64,000 nucleotides of DNA from Macrostomum lignano (lineage: Eukaryota), in contig NIVC01000048.1 in the NCBI GenBank assembly GCA_002269645.1, positions 1-64,000 of the forward strand. Reading direction: 5' to 3'. A program made the position numbers and the translations under genes. Each line of letters starts with the position of its first letter. Position 1 is the first letter of the stretch. Of the stretch, positions 1 to 11,400 are shown one piece after another. Below the pieces are notes generated by a model. The model was given only the letters and a program-made list of their open reading frames with translations. It did not search any database and was not told the DNA's origin.

Positions 1-982
1 GGGACGCTGGAAAGCTTGGGCGACGTTCTTGAGCCCAAACGGCATTCGCAGGAACTCGAAGAGGCAAACGTGTGATGACAGCGGTCTGAAAACGTCGGCA
101 GCGCGACGGGCATCTGGTGGTAGTCTCGCACTAGGTCAATTTTGGCGAAAACCGAGCTACCCTCCAGGTGTGCCGAAAAGTCCTGAATGTGACTTTTCGG
201 CGCACTGGCAGTGACGACACTGGATAGCGGTCGGGCATCGTGGCGTCGTTGAGCTCCTGGAGTTACCACGGGCCGCCAAGGAACGACAAGTAGCCGAGAT
301 CCAGAGTTAGCTGGCAGGTACGGAGGTCCTGATCCGACTGCTCTTGGCTGCGTAGAGCGGTGGGCTTTGGAGAAAATCATATGTCTGCCCCTGCCACTGG
401 AAATATGCTGACTTCAGCGTCCGTGCTTATTAGGAAACGCCGGTCTGTCTGTAAATCCGGGATGAGGAGCAGGCTGCTGCTGCTGCCGGCCGCAGAGCTG
501 TTCACTGACACCCGCCCGTTTCCCTGAAATTGACAAAGCGCTTCACAACGTCTGGCCTTTGTGCCCGAACTTCTTATGAACGTAGCACAGATCAGTGGCT
601 TCCTCGGAGGGACGCAGTGATGGCCGGTCGCGGGAGAAACGGCTTCTACTGCTCTTGCGGGCGGCCGCAACTACTAGCTTGTCGAGCTGCTGAACTTCGG
701 CCACCAACGACTGGGCTCGGCTGGCCCAAAGCTTGTCGGCGAGGTGTGTCACTGCTTCTCCAGTACGTCCAGAAGTCGCTGACCGAATGCTGATCCAGAG
801 ATGCGTCCAAATGCTGGTATGTAGTTTTGTCTCGTGTTATTCCTTGGAGGCTCAAATGTGCCTCGGCCTGGATGAACCAAGCCCATGCCTGAGCAGGCCA
901 AAATGTCGGCAACTTGACCGCTACAGCCTTGGTGGTTGAATTTCTGAGGCGCTGCGTCTTCTGCGTGCTCAGGCATGCTCAA
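1..982 (-). mobile_element. Degenerate Ty3/gypsy LTR retrotransposon fragment (gag, protease, start of RT); runs off the left edge
   Basis: Frameshifted pieces: gag AVKLPTFWPAQAWAWFIQAEAH and CYVHKKFGHK, protease-like DLQTDRRFLISTDAEVSIFP, RT motif FEFLRMPFGLKNVAQAFQR at about 1-65. Confidence 0.8.
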
Positions 983-1701
983 ACTTGCAGTTTAAATAGT
1001 CGGGCTCACGAATGAAGTGACTCGCGATCGCGAAGCCAGTGAGAAAAGGAAAAGTGCGCTCGTTTATTTCTTTCAGCCTGTGGGCTTCTTAACTGTAAAG
1101 AGACGCGTACAAATGAGTACTGGCTATAGCTTTAAGCTGCCCAATGGTCAGCAGAGCTGACCCAACAGCCTTTACTGCTATTAATTGTTTGGAATCTATG
1201 GTAAAAGAAAAGTTATGTGCTGCACAGTAGCCGTTCCTGCCGAGCATGGCCAGCGAAATCATACGAAAAATGGATGAAAAAAGTCCTACTTATCTGCAAT
1301 GGAATGCAGCGATTCAGTTTCAGCATTCTCTGTGATGACATCATCAGTCTTAGAATCCGATGTACGCAAAATTTCCATGTTGTAGCTGATTTACTTTTCA
1401 ATAAAATGATGCACTGCTCGTATTAAGGAGGTGTAGTGCTTTCTCTTTCAAAAAGGCGTGTTTGGAGATTTTAAAGTGAACTGTAGTGTCTATAGCTAGA
1501 CATCGAGTGTACACACTGCATAATCTAATTAGAGAGCATTAAGTAAAATGCACTTTGAAACTGCTTTTTTCAACCCTAGGTTTGTCCAAGCTAAGTATAA
1601 AATGCTGCCTTCTCGGCTAGAAAGGCTTTGCACAGGGGCGCAATAAGATTCTAGCTATGGTCTATGGTCGGCATGTCGGCAGGAGCGGAGCTTTTGTATT
1701 T

Positions 1702-1990
1702 CTAGCTCCGGCGCGAAAAGGATAGACAAATGATGCACCTGTCTCTGGCCACCACAAGGCTGACAATCTTACGGCTGCCACCTAGCTGTAACTCGGCTCT
1801 GATCGTCGCACGTATGTCGTGGCAATAGTGACGGTACAGTTGAGTCAGCGTAGCCGCTTCCTCCGTCAGAAGAGACTTGCGTATCCGGGTGCTGCTCGTC
1901 CTCTGGGCCAGCTGGTCACGAATCATTTCGTCCGCCAGAACACCGTACTAGCAGGTGGCTGACAGAAAGGTTGCTGCGTCCTCTCCAGGT
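1702..1990 (-). mobile_element. Gypsy-type gag fragment
   Basis: EMIRDQLAQRTSSTRIRKSLL resembles the MIRDQL..KT..PRIRERLL gag motif. Confidence 0.5.
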
Positions 1991-2859
1991 AGCTGATAAC
2001 ATTCCCGGAATCTGTGGCGCGCAAGCATCACATTCGGCTGGTTGGCGAATACGGTCGTCAGCAGATCTTGACTAAAATCGAATTAATTTAATCAGATATA
2101 ATGCACAAAAAATTCATGTTAAGTTTCGATTATGAGCGGTAATTCTGACACGATATGTTCGACCTTGCGCTTAAAATTGTCGCAGGCTGTAGCCAAATCA
2201 GCAAGCTCAAAAGTGCGGCATCTTGGCGACTGTCTTTCTGAGCTGTGACGCGAACAGCATAAGAGTGGTTTGGAAGCGTATGATAGGTTCATATTTCTAT
2301 GGCAGCTGCCCTCCACTATAGAAGAGGCCAATATAATTTCCATAGCAACCAGTGTGTGAAGACTCGGAAATGGAAACTTAATGGTTCCGTGATGTTGGTC
2401 AGCAGTAAAATTTGAAGCCAGTAAGATTTACTTCGCTGACATAAAAGTCGTGAGTAAATTTTTCAACACTCAGGCTTAACGTGGTGTTTTAAACCGAAAC
2501 TTCTGGTCCTGATCGGCGTCTTAAAAATGCTGATAGTCAGCTATGAGGTTGACCACACTGGAGGCTGAACGCCGGCCATAGATACACTGAGCGACACGGT
2601 GTACTTTCCGTACCATAGACTAAGCCTCGAGATGCTGTAAGTAAATAAATCATGATAAAGCAAATGGTTCTTCTCGTTTCCAGTCAAATCTTTTTTGACC
2701 AGTAACAAATTGTGATGGATGTTTTTGAGACATTTAAAAACCGAAGGACATCGACGATTGCATCGGATGACCTCATGATATCTGGCAGTGGTTCAGTGGG
2801 ATCGGTGAGATTCACCAGGATTCCGTTGACAGTGTGTATTAACCTCAAACGGGGTCCCA

Positions 2860-3917
2860 GCCCGCCAAGGGTTGCCGACTCCAGGAAGGTGCATGTCTCG
2901 ATCGGGTTGGTCCGTAAGTCACTCGGACAAAGCTACGTCGGATAGGTAGGGCTATTTAATAGATGAACCACCGTTTGGGGCTCAAGGCCGCAATCTGGAC
3001 AAACCGCGGCGACGCCTTGGTTGATCCTCGACTAAAAGTCGCAGAGAAGCGGGCAGAAACCGGAGCGAAGCTGCGCCATTGTGCACCGCATGCGGCGGGG
3101 GAGGCGAACTTCGGAACGGTGGATCGCGGGCCGTTGCGCTTGAATGACACGGTTCAGTGGCAGGCTGTCCAGCATGGCCTGTACTGCCTGCGTGTGCTGG
3201 GCCCGCCTGGCGCGATCCCAGGCAGCAGCGTCGAGGACGTCCGGGGCCGGAACCGGCGTCCAATCGGCGTTGAAATGTTGAGCCGTGAAGATGGAGGCTT
3301 TCATGAATCTGCGCGGCGGAGGAAGGCTGGAAAGGTGGTGACACGGGTGTTCAGGGCGTCTGGCGCGGAGCTTGAACTGAAGCGAAAGAAGCCGGTTGTG
3401 TTGGCGGACGGTGAGCAGCTGGACTTCACTATGTAGGTCCGCTTCAGAGGTAAGGGCAGTGCAGCCGGTGATGCCGCGAATCGCTGCATTCTGGACCGAT
3501 TGAAGCCGAGTCCAGGACGAGTTGGAGATGATGGGCCCCAGACCGGCGCAGCATGGTCGAGCAGACTTCTGCCTAGCGCTTTATAGGTGGTCAGCAAAAG
3601 TTCCTTGCAGCAGCCCCGGAATGAGCAGGCAAGACAACGTAGCAGGCAGTTTCTTTTCCGGGCTTTCTCCGCAAGGATGGAGATGTGTCTCGCGAAGGAG
3701 AGTTTTGGATCGAGGGTCACGCCCAGAATTTTTGGATGGAGGGCCTGCGGTAGTAGGGAGCCGTTGATGGAAACGTTTAGCTGGCGAGAGTACTCAAGCT
3801 GGTCAGGACTGAACAGAGTGGCCGTGCACTTTGATCTAGAAATTTGGAGCTTGCGCAACTCAAGGAACGGAGCGAGGTCAGCGAGATAGCTATTCAGTTG
3901 TTGTTCAATGGAATTAC
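2860..3917 (-). mobile_element. 3' part of an APE-type non-LTR retrotransposon (RT thumb and C-terminal Cys/His region)
   Basis: ORF 3301-3948 KILGVTLDPKLSF..H and YKALGRSLLDHAAPVW; LAQLRSGFC-like motif; CPDCGLEPQTVVHL near 2960-3005; reading frame joins the 8265+ segment when the LTR element is removed. Confidence 0.88.
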
Positions 3918-4076
3918 TGTTGTGCTTTTTGGTTTTAGCCTTTAGCAATTGTCAGTCTAGCGGTCTGTTGACCTCTGACGCATCTATTATTTATTTAATA
4001 ACTCAATAGCATGGTTCAATTCATCAACGCAGTCGCGTAACAAAAATGTCTATGGCAAAGCCATCAACCCACAACA
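3918..4076 (-). repeat. 3' LTR
   Basis: Direct repeat of 8106-8264 with about 6 differences; polypurine tract ATAGAAGAGGGAGGG (minus strand, 4077-4091) abuts it. Confidence 0.96.
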
Positions 4077-4112
4077 CCCTCCCTCTTCTATAGGTAGGTG
4101 TACAATTATCAC

Positions 4113-5350
4113 TCAGGTGCGATAAAAAATTCTAGTTTTCTTGGCCAAGCGTTCGCTTTGCCTGGGTGACGGCTTGGATTGAACTCCGGCCTCAGTCTGT
4201 TGCTGTCGTGCTCTCTCAGCTTGTTCTGTTCCCGGTAGTATCTCAGTGTCTGTCGATGACGGACGCGTCTGTTGGCCGTCGTCACTTGGACCGTTGCCAC
4301 CGGGCTTGGAATCCCCCATTTCCGTAGTTCTGTGAGCCTCAGGTACCTCACCGATTCGTAGTTGATCAAGGTGGGTCTTTAGATTTCGTCCAGTCTCTGT
4401 GGTGACGACTGCTGTGTTGCTGCCAAGCATTTTTACGAATCTCACAGTTCGTGGCTCATGAGAACTCGATGCACGGTAGATGAGTGATTCTCCTGGGATC
4501 CACTTGGACTGAGTGCTGCTCTCCGAGATGGGGAGTCTTATTTGTCTGCCGTTCAACAACTCGGACGGTGATGCTTGCTGCTTCCCTTTGGCAGCTCTGT
4601 AGAACAGTAGAAATCTGTCAATACTTCTTTGGGATAAACCATTGGTCTTGATTGTCTCTTTGACTGTTTGCACCATTCGCTCTGCAATGCCGTTGCTCTG
4701 TGGATGGTAGGCGGGCGTTGTGATGTGCGAACAGCCAATCTGGGTGAGCCAGCCGGTCACCGCTTCGCTCACAAAACTAGGGCCGTTGTCTGACACGAGA
4801 CACTTGGGCACCCCCTGTTGTGAGAACAATCTTCTAAGTCTGGAAATGACTGTGTCGGCCTTCATGTCGCTCGTGATGAAGCCTTCCGGGTAGCTCGAGT
4901 GCGCATCCACAATGATGAGTAGGTACTTGCCCTCTATCGGACCGGCAAAATCAATGTGCACTCGCTCCCAGGGGTTGTCAGGTTCTGGTCACGAGTGCCG
5001 AAAGTTCTTATTTCTGGACTTGTACGCGTTGCACACGTTGCATCGTCCAATGTAGTCAGCGATGTCACTGTCCATCTGTGGCCACCAGAACTGTTCCCTC
5101 AAAATCGACTTTGACTTTTCCACCCCAAGGTGCGTTGAGTGTACAGCTGCCAGGGCAGTTTCTCTCAGGACACGAGGCAATGCAATTCTGTTCATTCTGT
5201 AAATAATTCCATCATTGACAGCTAGCTCATCTTGAACCTTTGAGTAGCTGAGTAGGTGTGGGTCGTCAAATAGTTTATTGTTAATTATGGCTGCGCCCAG
5301 GCATCTGAACTCCGGGTCCTCTCTTGTTGCGTGTGCAATGCGATCCAGCT
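4113..5350 (-). pseudogene. pol: Integrase of the LTR element
   Basis: H2C2 HSTHLG...CNVC, core HIDFAGP, SDNG, NGIAERMVQT; one in-frame TGA at 4989-4991. Confidence 0.93.
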
Positions 5351-5353
5351 GAA

Positions 5354-6631
5354 TTACTCCCGGGTTGTCAGCTTCGAGGAGTCCGATCGATGCTGTCTGT
5401 GCATTCGGCCAGGAGGCTTAGCGGGCACCAGTCGAGATAGCGCATCCGACAGCATTAGCTTTGATGGTCGATACTGTATGACATAGTCATAAGCAGCTAG
5501 CATGATTGCCCATCGTTGTAGTCGAGCTGAAACTCTGGTGGGCAGCTGTTTATCTGGCGCGAATATGTATGTGAGGGGCCGGTGATCAGTTATCAGTGTG
5601 AACCTCCGGCCATACAAGAACCGATGGCATCTTTGAATGCACCAAACCAGTGCCAGGCCTTCACGCTCTATTTGCGAATATTTTGTTTCGGCGTCAGACA
5701 GAGTCTTGCTCATGTACAGCACGACTTGACCGCTTTGTGTCAACACTCCGCCCAGAGCTCGCTGAGAACTGTCGCATTCCAGTTCAATGGGCTTCTCCGG
5801 ATCAAATATTTGAAGACTCGATTGATCAGAGAGAGTGACCTTGATTTCGTCAAATGCTATTTGACACTCCTTCGTCCACACGAAGTCCTCATTTTTCTTT
5901 CTTAGTCGATTGAGAGGCTTGGTCAGTGCAGCTAGGTTTCTGATGAACTTGCCGCTAAAATTTACGAGACCCAGGAAGGATTCAAGCTCGCCAACGTTCT
6001 GCGGTGGTGTCATGTCCTGGATTGCCTTCACTTTGGCTGGGTCCGGCTTGAGCTGATCTCCTTCCAATAAATAGCCTAGAAACTTGATCGAAGTCTTGCG
6101 GAATTCACTTTTCGCCGTGTTGATCTTCAATCCTTGCTGGTTTAGTCGATGCAATACTTCCGTCTCACGAACTGCCAATTGTTCTACGCCTTTGCCGCAT
6201 ATCAATATGTCGTCTACGTAGGCAATGACGCCAGGAATTCCTTGTAGGACTTGGCTAATGTACCGCTGGAAGATCGCAGGTGCTGCTTTCACTCCGAACG
6301 GAAGCTTGTTGAAAGCGAACATCCCAAATGGTGTTGACATTACTGTCAGCTCTTTGGAAGCTTCATTTAGTGGGATCTGGTGATAAGCTTTCTCTAGGTC
6401 CAGACGAGTGTATATCCGGCTGCCAGCAGCAGTTGCAATCACTTCGTCAGGTGCAGGCATCGGATGTGAATCGTTGATAAGATGAGAATTGATTGTCACC
6501 TTGTAGTCGACGCAAAGTCTGAGCTTTCCAGAAGGTTTCTTGACCACGACAATTGGTGAGGCCCATTCACTGAACTTGACGGGCTTGATGGTGTCTTCTT
6601 CAAGCAACCGATCGATTTCATCCTTGACTCC
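5354..6631 (-). pseudogene. pol: Reverse transcriptase and RNase H of the LTR element
   Basis: WASPIVVVKK, LCVDYK, DLEKAYHQI, PFGVKAAPAIFQ, YVDD, CDSSQ, EREGLA, TDHRPL, DALSR; in frame with the protease across a TAG at 6632-6634. Confidence 0.95.
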
Positions 6632-8105
6632 CTATCTGATTGCGAAGGGTAGCGGCCTGGGTTTGCAATGAATTGGAGTGGTTCCTTCCTTGATCTTAAG
6701 AGTTACTGGTGGAAATTTGCATGACTGGGTTGCCGATGTGCAGCTGTTGTCTACAGCGTTTAGCGTGAAATTGAGCTTGTCTTGGCCAACCAGAACAAAG
6801 TTCCTCTGCGATTCCACAATGAAGAATGTGATTGGAATGAACTCGTCATTGTACTGCAACTCAGTGTCGTGTGTTCCAAAGACCTTCATCTGCGTATCAG
6901 CGTATGTTGTCAGAACAGTGTCTGTAGGTGTCAGCTTTGGACAACCCAATCGTTTCCAGATTGTTTTTGACATTACCGAAACTCCTGCCCCAGTATCAAT
7001 TTGTGCGTTCACGCTAAGCATCGACCCGCTCGTGTTTCTGAGCCTAACAGGCACGGTGTAACTATCAACGGGATGTCGAATGTGAAAACAATCCTCCTGT
7101 TCAGCTTCGCTTGAATCTACAAAGCTTGTGGTCCTTGGCCACACTGCAGCTCGCCTAAATTGACCAGATGCTGACGGGCTTTTGAACGATTTTCGGCCTT
7201 TGCCAAAACCAGTTGATTTCGTTTTGCAAACTGTTGCGAAGTGGTTTTGCATGCCACATTTGTTGCACGTTTTTCCTTTCGCAGGACACCCTTCATTGGA
7301 GCCATGCATTGTGCCACATCTGCCACACTTGGAGCTTGTAGAGTGGGAGCCTCTGGCCACCGATGCTGAAATTTTCATTATTTAGAAGACTGCGGCTGAC
7401 TGGTGCAACCCTTTAGTATTTGCGTTTGTGATAGGTTCTGGTGCGCCTCAGCGATGTTGATAGCTGTCTCAAACGTGAAAGTGCTGAAGTCCTGTTCCAA
7501 TAACTTGCTGATGGCCACCTTGTCATTCAAACCGAATACGAGCTGATCTCTCAGTCTCTCATCTCTGGATAGGCCAAACTGACACTTGTCTGCCTGCATG
7601 CAGAGTTGCTGTGCATACTCACGAATGCTCATTGATGCCGTGCGAGTGATATGCTGGAAATTGAATCTCTCAGCCATGACGAACGTCTTTGGTTCCAGGA
7701 TGCTGGCCAGTAGTTTGGTCAGTTCATCGAAGCTCTTTTCTCCCGGCTTCTTGGGAGCGGCTCGATCTGCCAATGCGTCGTACGGCTTGGTGCTGAGCTT
7801 CATCAGCAGCAGCTTGTTTTTCGTGTCGTCCTGCCAGCCGTTGAGTTCGCTGCACAGTGTGAATCGGTCCAACCACCTCTGGAAGTTCGAGCTTTCATCG
7901 AGTTTTCGATGTCAACTTGCTGTCCTCTCGATACTTGTGCGCTTGGGTTCTGCGCTGCCGCTGTTGCCGACTTTGTCACTTGGACTGATTTCGACGAGAT
8001 CGCAAGCGGTGGTGCTTTGTCGCTCGAAACCGTTTTACCAACTCCTTTAGTTGGCGATGCTGGCGTACTTCCAGGCATTTTCGTAGCCTGTGCTTGCGAC
8101 GCCAC
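6632..8105 (-). pseudogene. gag: gag plus aspartic protease of the LTR element (frameshifted)
   Basis: AERFNF...LRDQLVFGL, CCHC knuckles CGRCGTMH..C and CNKCGMQNHFATVC, protease QIDTGAGVS; split over ORFs 7803-8105, 7378-7872, 6632-7378. Confidence 0.9.
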
Positions 8106-8264
8106 TGTTGTGCTTTTGGCTTTTAGCCTTTAGCAATTGTCAGTCTAGCGGTCTGCTGACCTCTGACGCGTCTATTATTTATTTCATAACTCAATAGCAT
8201 GGTTCAATTTATCAACGCAGTCGCGTAACAAAAATGTCTATGGCAAAGCCATCAACCCACAACA
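8106..8264 (-). repeat. 5' LTR
   Basis: Direct repeat of 3918-4076; followed on the minus strand by PBS-like TGGCGTCGCAAGCA (8104-8091), shape compatible with a tRNA-Ser 3' end (inferred). Confidence 0.96.
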
Positions 8265-10460
8265 ATTACAGCTTGGGGACGAGGCGGCAACGGTAAGATC
8301 ATCAGCGTATCCAATTAATTTAGTGGCCGGATTGGAGGGCACAGGAGCCTTAGCCAAGTAAAAGGCAAAAAAGCGGACTGATGGCGTTGCCCTGCGGAAC
8401 TCCCATGCGAACCTGCCGCCACTTCGACTTAACGTCTCGCATGACGGTCCGGGCTTGACGTCCAACAATATAGTTGGCGAGCCAGGCCTTACCAGAGTTT
8501 GGAAGATCTGATTCGGCGAGATCGGAGAGTAATTCGTAGTGGTCAACGCAGTCAAACGCCATCCGATGCGGTACGACGCACCATCGTCCTGCGGTTTGCC
8601 ATCTTTCAGAAAGGGACAGATTAAGGAGTTCTTCCAAACCGCCGGGATCTCATTGTAGGCGATCGAGCGATTGAAGAGGTTACGGAGCACAGCTCTCGCT
8701 TTCGGACCGAAGTGCCTAATAACAAGAGGGCAGATTCCATCCGGGCCGATGGCTTTGGAGGCTTTGGACCGCTTGATGGCATGCTCGATGTCGTCGGTCG
8801 AAAAGACAGGAGCGTCTCCAACGGCACGAGGAAGAGAAGAGCCTTAAGACGTCGACGGACAGCGCGCATCTGCGGGTTGGAGCAGTGAAGGCGCGGTCTC
8901 GTGAACTGACAATTGAGCCGGTCCGCAATTTCGGCACCGGAAAGAGCCGGTTTTCCGTTGAACTTTAATATAACATTCTTCTCCGCGTTTGGGCGACCGG
9001 CTAGCTTTTTAAGGGTGGACCAGATTCTGGAGGACGGGGCCGGCTGGTTGCCGTTCTCCAGGAGGAATTCGTTCCAGCGGTCCCGTCTCTCCGCTTCTAG
9101 GCTCGAGTTGATTTGTGCTTGTAGGTCCGCAATTCTGGGATCCGACGGGTTATTGGTGCGGAGAGCATCGCGTGCGGATAATAGTTGACGAATTTCCGGG
9201 GAGCAAGGATCAGGGCTCTGCTGTTTGAAGCGACCCTCCGGGATCGCAGTCTTCATGGCCGACAGGATCAGCTTACGGAAGGCAGCTTCTTGAGTATGAG
9301 CAGAACCAAGGCCGGTGAAGTTGTAAAGAGAGCTCTCAAGGGTATTGGTGAATAGCTCCCAGTCCGCCCTCCTAAAGTTGATGAAGCATCTACGAGCCGC
9401 GGTAGTCGCCATACTGGACACACCCAGCGAGATGAGGATAGGCAGATGATCACTAGATAGCGTGTGAAGAATGTCGTAGTCGGCCTTCAGGAGTAAGGAT
9501 TGGTGGGCAGCCGTAACGTCAGGTGTCGAGGGCGGTCCATTGCTAGGCCGTCTGGATTGGGCTGGCGAGGAGAGGAAGTCGAACGGAGCTTGTTCAACCT
9601 GGAGAGCAAGCAAGTCCCCGCGCGCGCGGTAGGCTCGAGCTCAGATTCCCAGGCAGGATGATGAACATTCCAGTCTCCGCAGATAATAGACGGGGAGTCG
9701 GTGAGCAAGCCGGTCAAATCCGGAGAATAGCCGGCGTCACAGCTGCTAACCGGCGGCAGTTAAACAGGCGGATGGGCGAGGTCGAGTTAATGAAAATGTC
9801 AATGCCTTGTAGTTCGCTGTGGCGGTCAGTGAGATCTGACGTGTCAACCGGCGGGAAGCGTATGATGTCTCGGACGAAGAGGACGAGACCCCGCCTTTGG
9901 AGTTAGGGTGGTCAGCACGTATGCAAGCGTAACCAGGAAGAGTAGGGGATTTCGCGTACTTAGACAGTTTAGATTCTAGGATAGCGATGACGTGCAGGTT
10001 GATGCTGCTACGGAGGTGTTCTAATTCTTTAATCTTGCCGGAGATGCCGCTGGCGTTCCATTGGAGGATGATGAGATAGTCTTGGGATTTCGGCGCTGAG
10101 GACTTGACTTTGCGATGAGGTCGGCTGTGGGAGCTACCCGTATCGATGGCGTCCTTGGTTGAGTGACGCCTGGTTGAGCCGGCCTTTCCGGCTTTTTGTG
10201 GCTGAGCCTCCAAAGCCTTGGCCATGCTGCTACCACTTCCGCAGCACGGGCCGATGAAGTTGGCGTTCCAGTTTGAGATCGTGGTGTCCGCGCAGTTAGA
10301 TCCTCTGACACGACAGTGCAACCAGCCGCTGCAGGCGGTGCACCGGACGGAGCTGCAGTTTTTAGCAATGGCCATCCCGCAGACGGAACAAAACCATGTC
10401 TGTGGGCCTGGGTTGCGCTCGACGTCGCCGGCGAGGAGAATAAGGCGGGCCAGCCAAGCT
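8265..10460 (-). mobile_element. 5' part of the same non-LTR retrotransposon: 2A-like peptide, PHD finger, AP endonuclease, RT to YADD
   Basis: LLAGDVERNPGP (10403-10429), CSVC..CTACSGWLHC..C, ILQWNASG..ILESK, GDWNVHH, SDHLPI, AFDCVDH, GVPQG, GYADD; several frameshifts. Confidence 0.92.
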
Positions 10461-10619
10461 GGCCAGGCTAATCCGCCACAGAAAAAGGTGACCTGGAAAG
10501 AGATCGAGACGTCCACGTCTGCTGGACTCGGGTCTCCCGACGAGGAGGTACCCTGGTGTAGGGAGTCGCAAAGTGCCATTTGCCAAGTGCGCCCGAGGGC
10601 ACAACAGGGTCGCTCCAAC

Positions 10620-11400
10620 TTGCCGGCAAGCCGGACGAAAGCGGTTTGCATTGGAATGCTGACAGTAAAGTTGATCAGCGAACGCTCGAAGTACCAATCG
10701 TTGACAATAACGGAGCACTGAGCCGTGTCATTGCTAACATGGTTAAATGCCATGACAGTGATTAAATATTCACCAATTGCCGGACAATCCAGCGGAAGGT
10801 GCACCATTCGGTTGTTAGCTATACTCGTATGGTAAATGAGTGAAGTTGGCACCAACTCGCATACTGTACGGCGCACAGATCCGCAGCAAAGAAAGATTAT
10901 TCAGAAGAGTTGTCACCAAAGTTGACAACAAAGCCGTGGGAGCCAAACCCAGCTATATTTGAGGTCAGATAAGATCCTTGGTGTAGAACGCAGTTACGTT
11001 TGGCTGTAAATTTCCAATGACTGCCAGGATAGCCACGACGAAACCATACTGGAGCAGTTCAAGGAAAATTTTCAAGCGCGTCGCAATGGAAGCTGCGTTC
11101 AAGCAAAGCAGATTAATTGAGCTGAGCAATACAGAGATAGCTTGAGCCAAGCTTTGCTAATCTGAACTGACAGTAAACATCTATGCATGCTGTCCCGCTT
11201 TAACTGAAATTTACAATTACTGGAGTGTACAGCACCGTGTGCGGGTATTTAACTTCGAAATTCACAATAGTTTCCTGAACAACTATTGGTCCGAACACGC
11301 GCTCCACTATGCTGACCTGATTGTAGAGCAGTAATTTTATGGTGTAGTCTTTGCGTCTGCGCATAGGCATATATGTGGTGGGTAAATTGTGTACTAGCAA
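10620..11400 (-). pseudogene. PKD-repeat-like fragments of a degenerate host gene
   Basis: GEYLITVMAFNHVS, VVNFGDNSS and YTIKLLLYNQVS..V.VQE.I match the PKD beta-sandwich pattern (G.Y.V.V.A.N.VS, FGD); stops and frameshifts present. Confidence 0.55.

Larger units (their letters stand above)
3918..8264 (-). mobile_element. Full-length Ty3/gypsy LTR retrotransposon (4347 bp), decayed ORFs
   Basis: Two 159-bp LTRs TGTTGTG...CACAACA, 5-bp TSD ATTAC at 3913-3917 and 8265-8269, PBS and PPT adjacent to the LTRs, domain order gag-PR-RT-RH-INT. Confidence 0.97.

Noticed and set aside
7378-7390. Programmed gag-pol frameshift
   Set aside because: Break lies inside gag before the zinc knuckles and the element has other lesions; decay is simpler.
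10500-10610. ACCTCCTCGT and CCCTG...CAGGG at the LINE 5' end, reminiscent of an HDV-like ribozyme
   Set aside because: P3 does not close (ACC faces CGG) and no P1/P2 pairing in the right order was found by eye; needs a covariance-model search.
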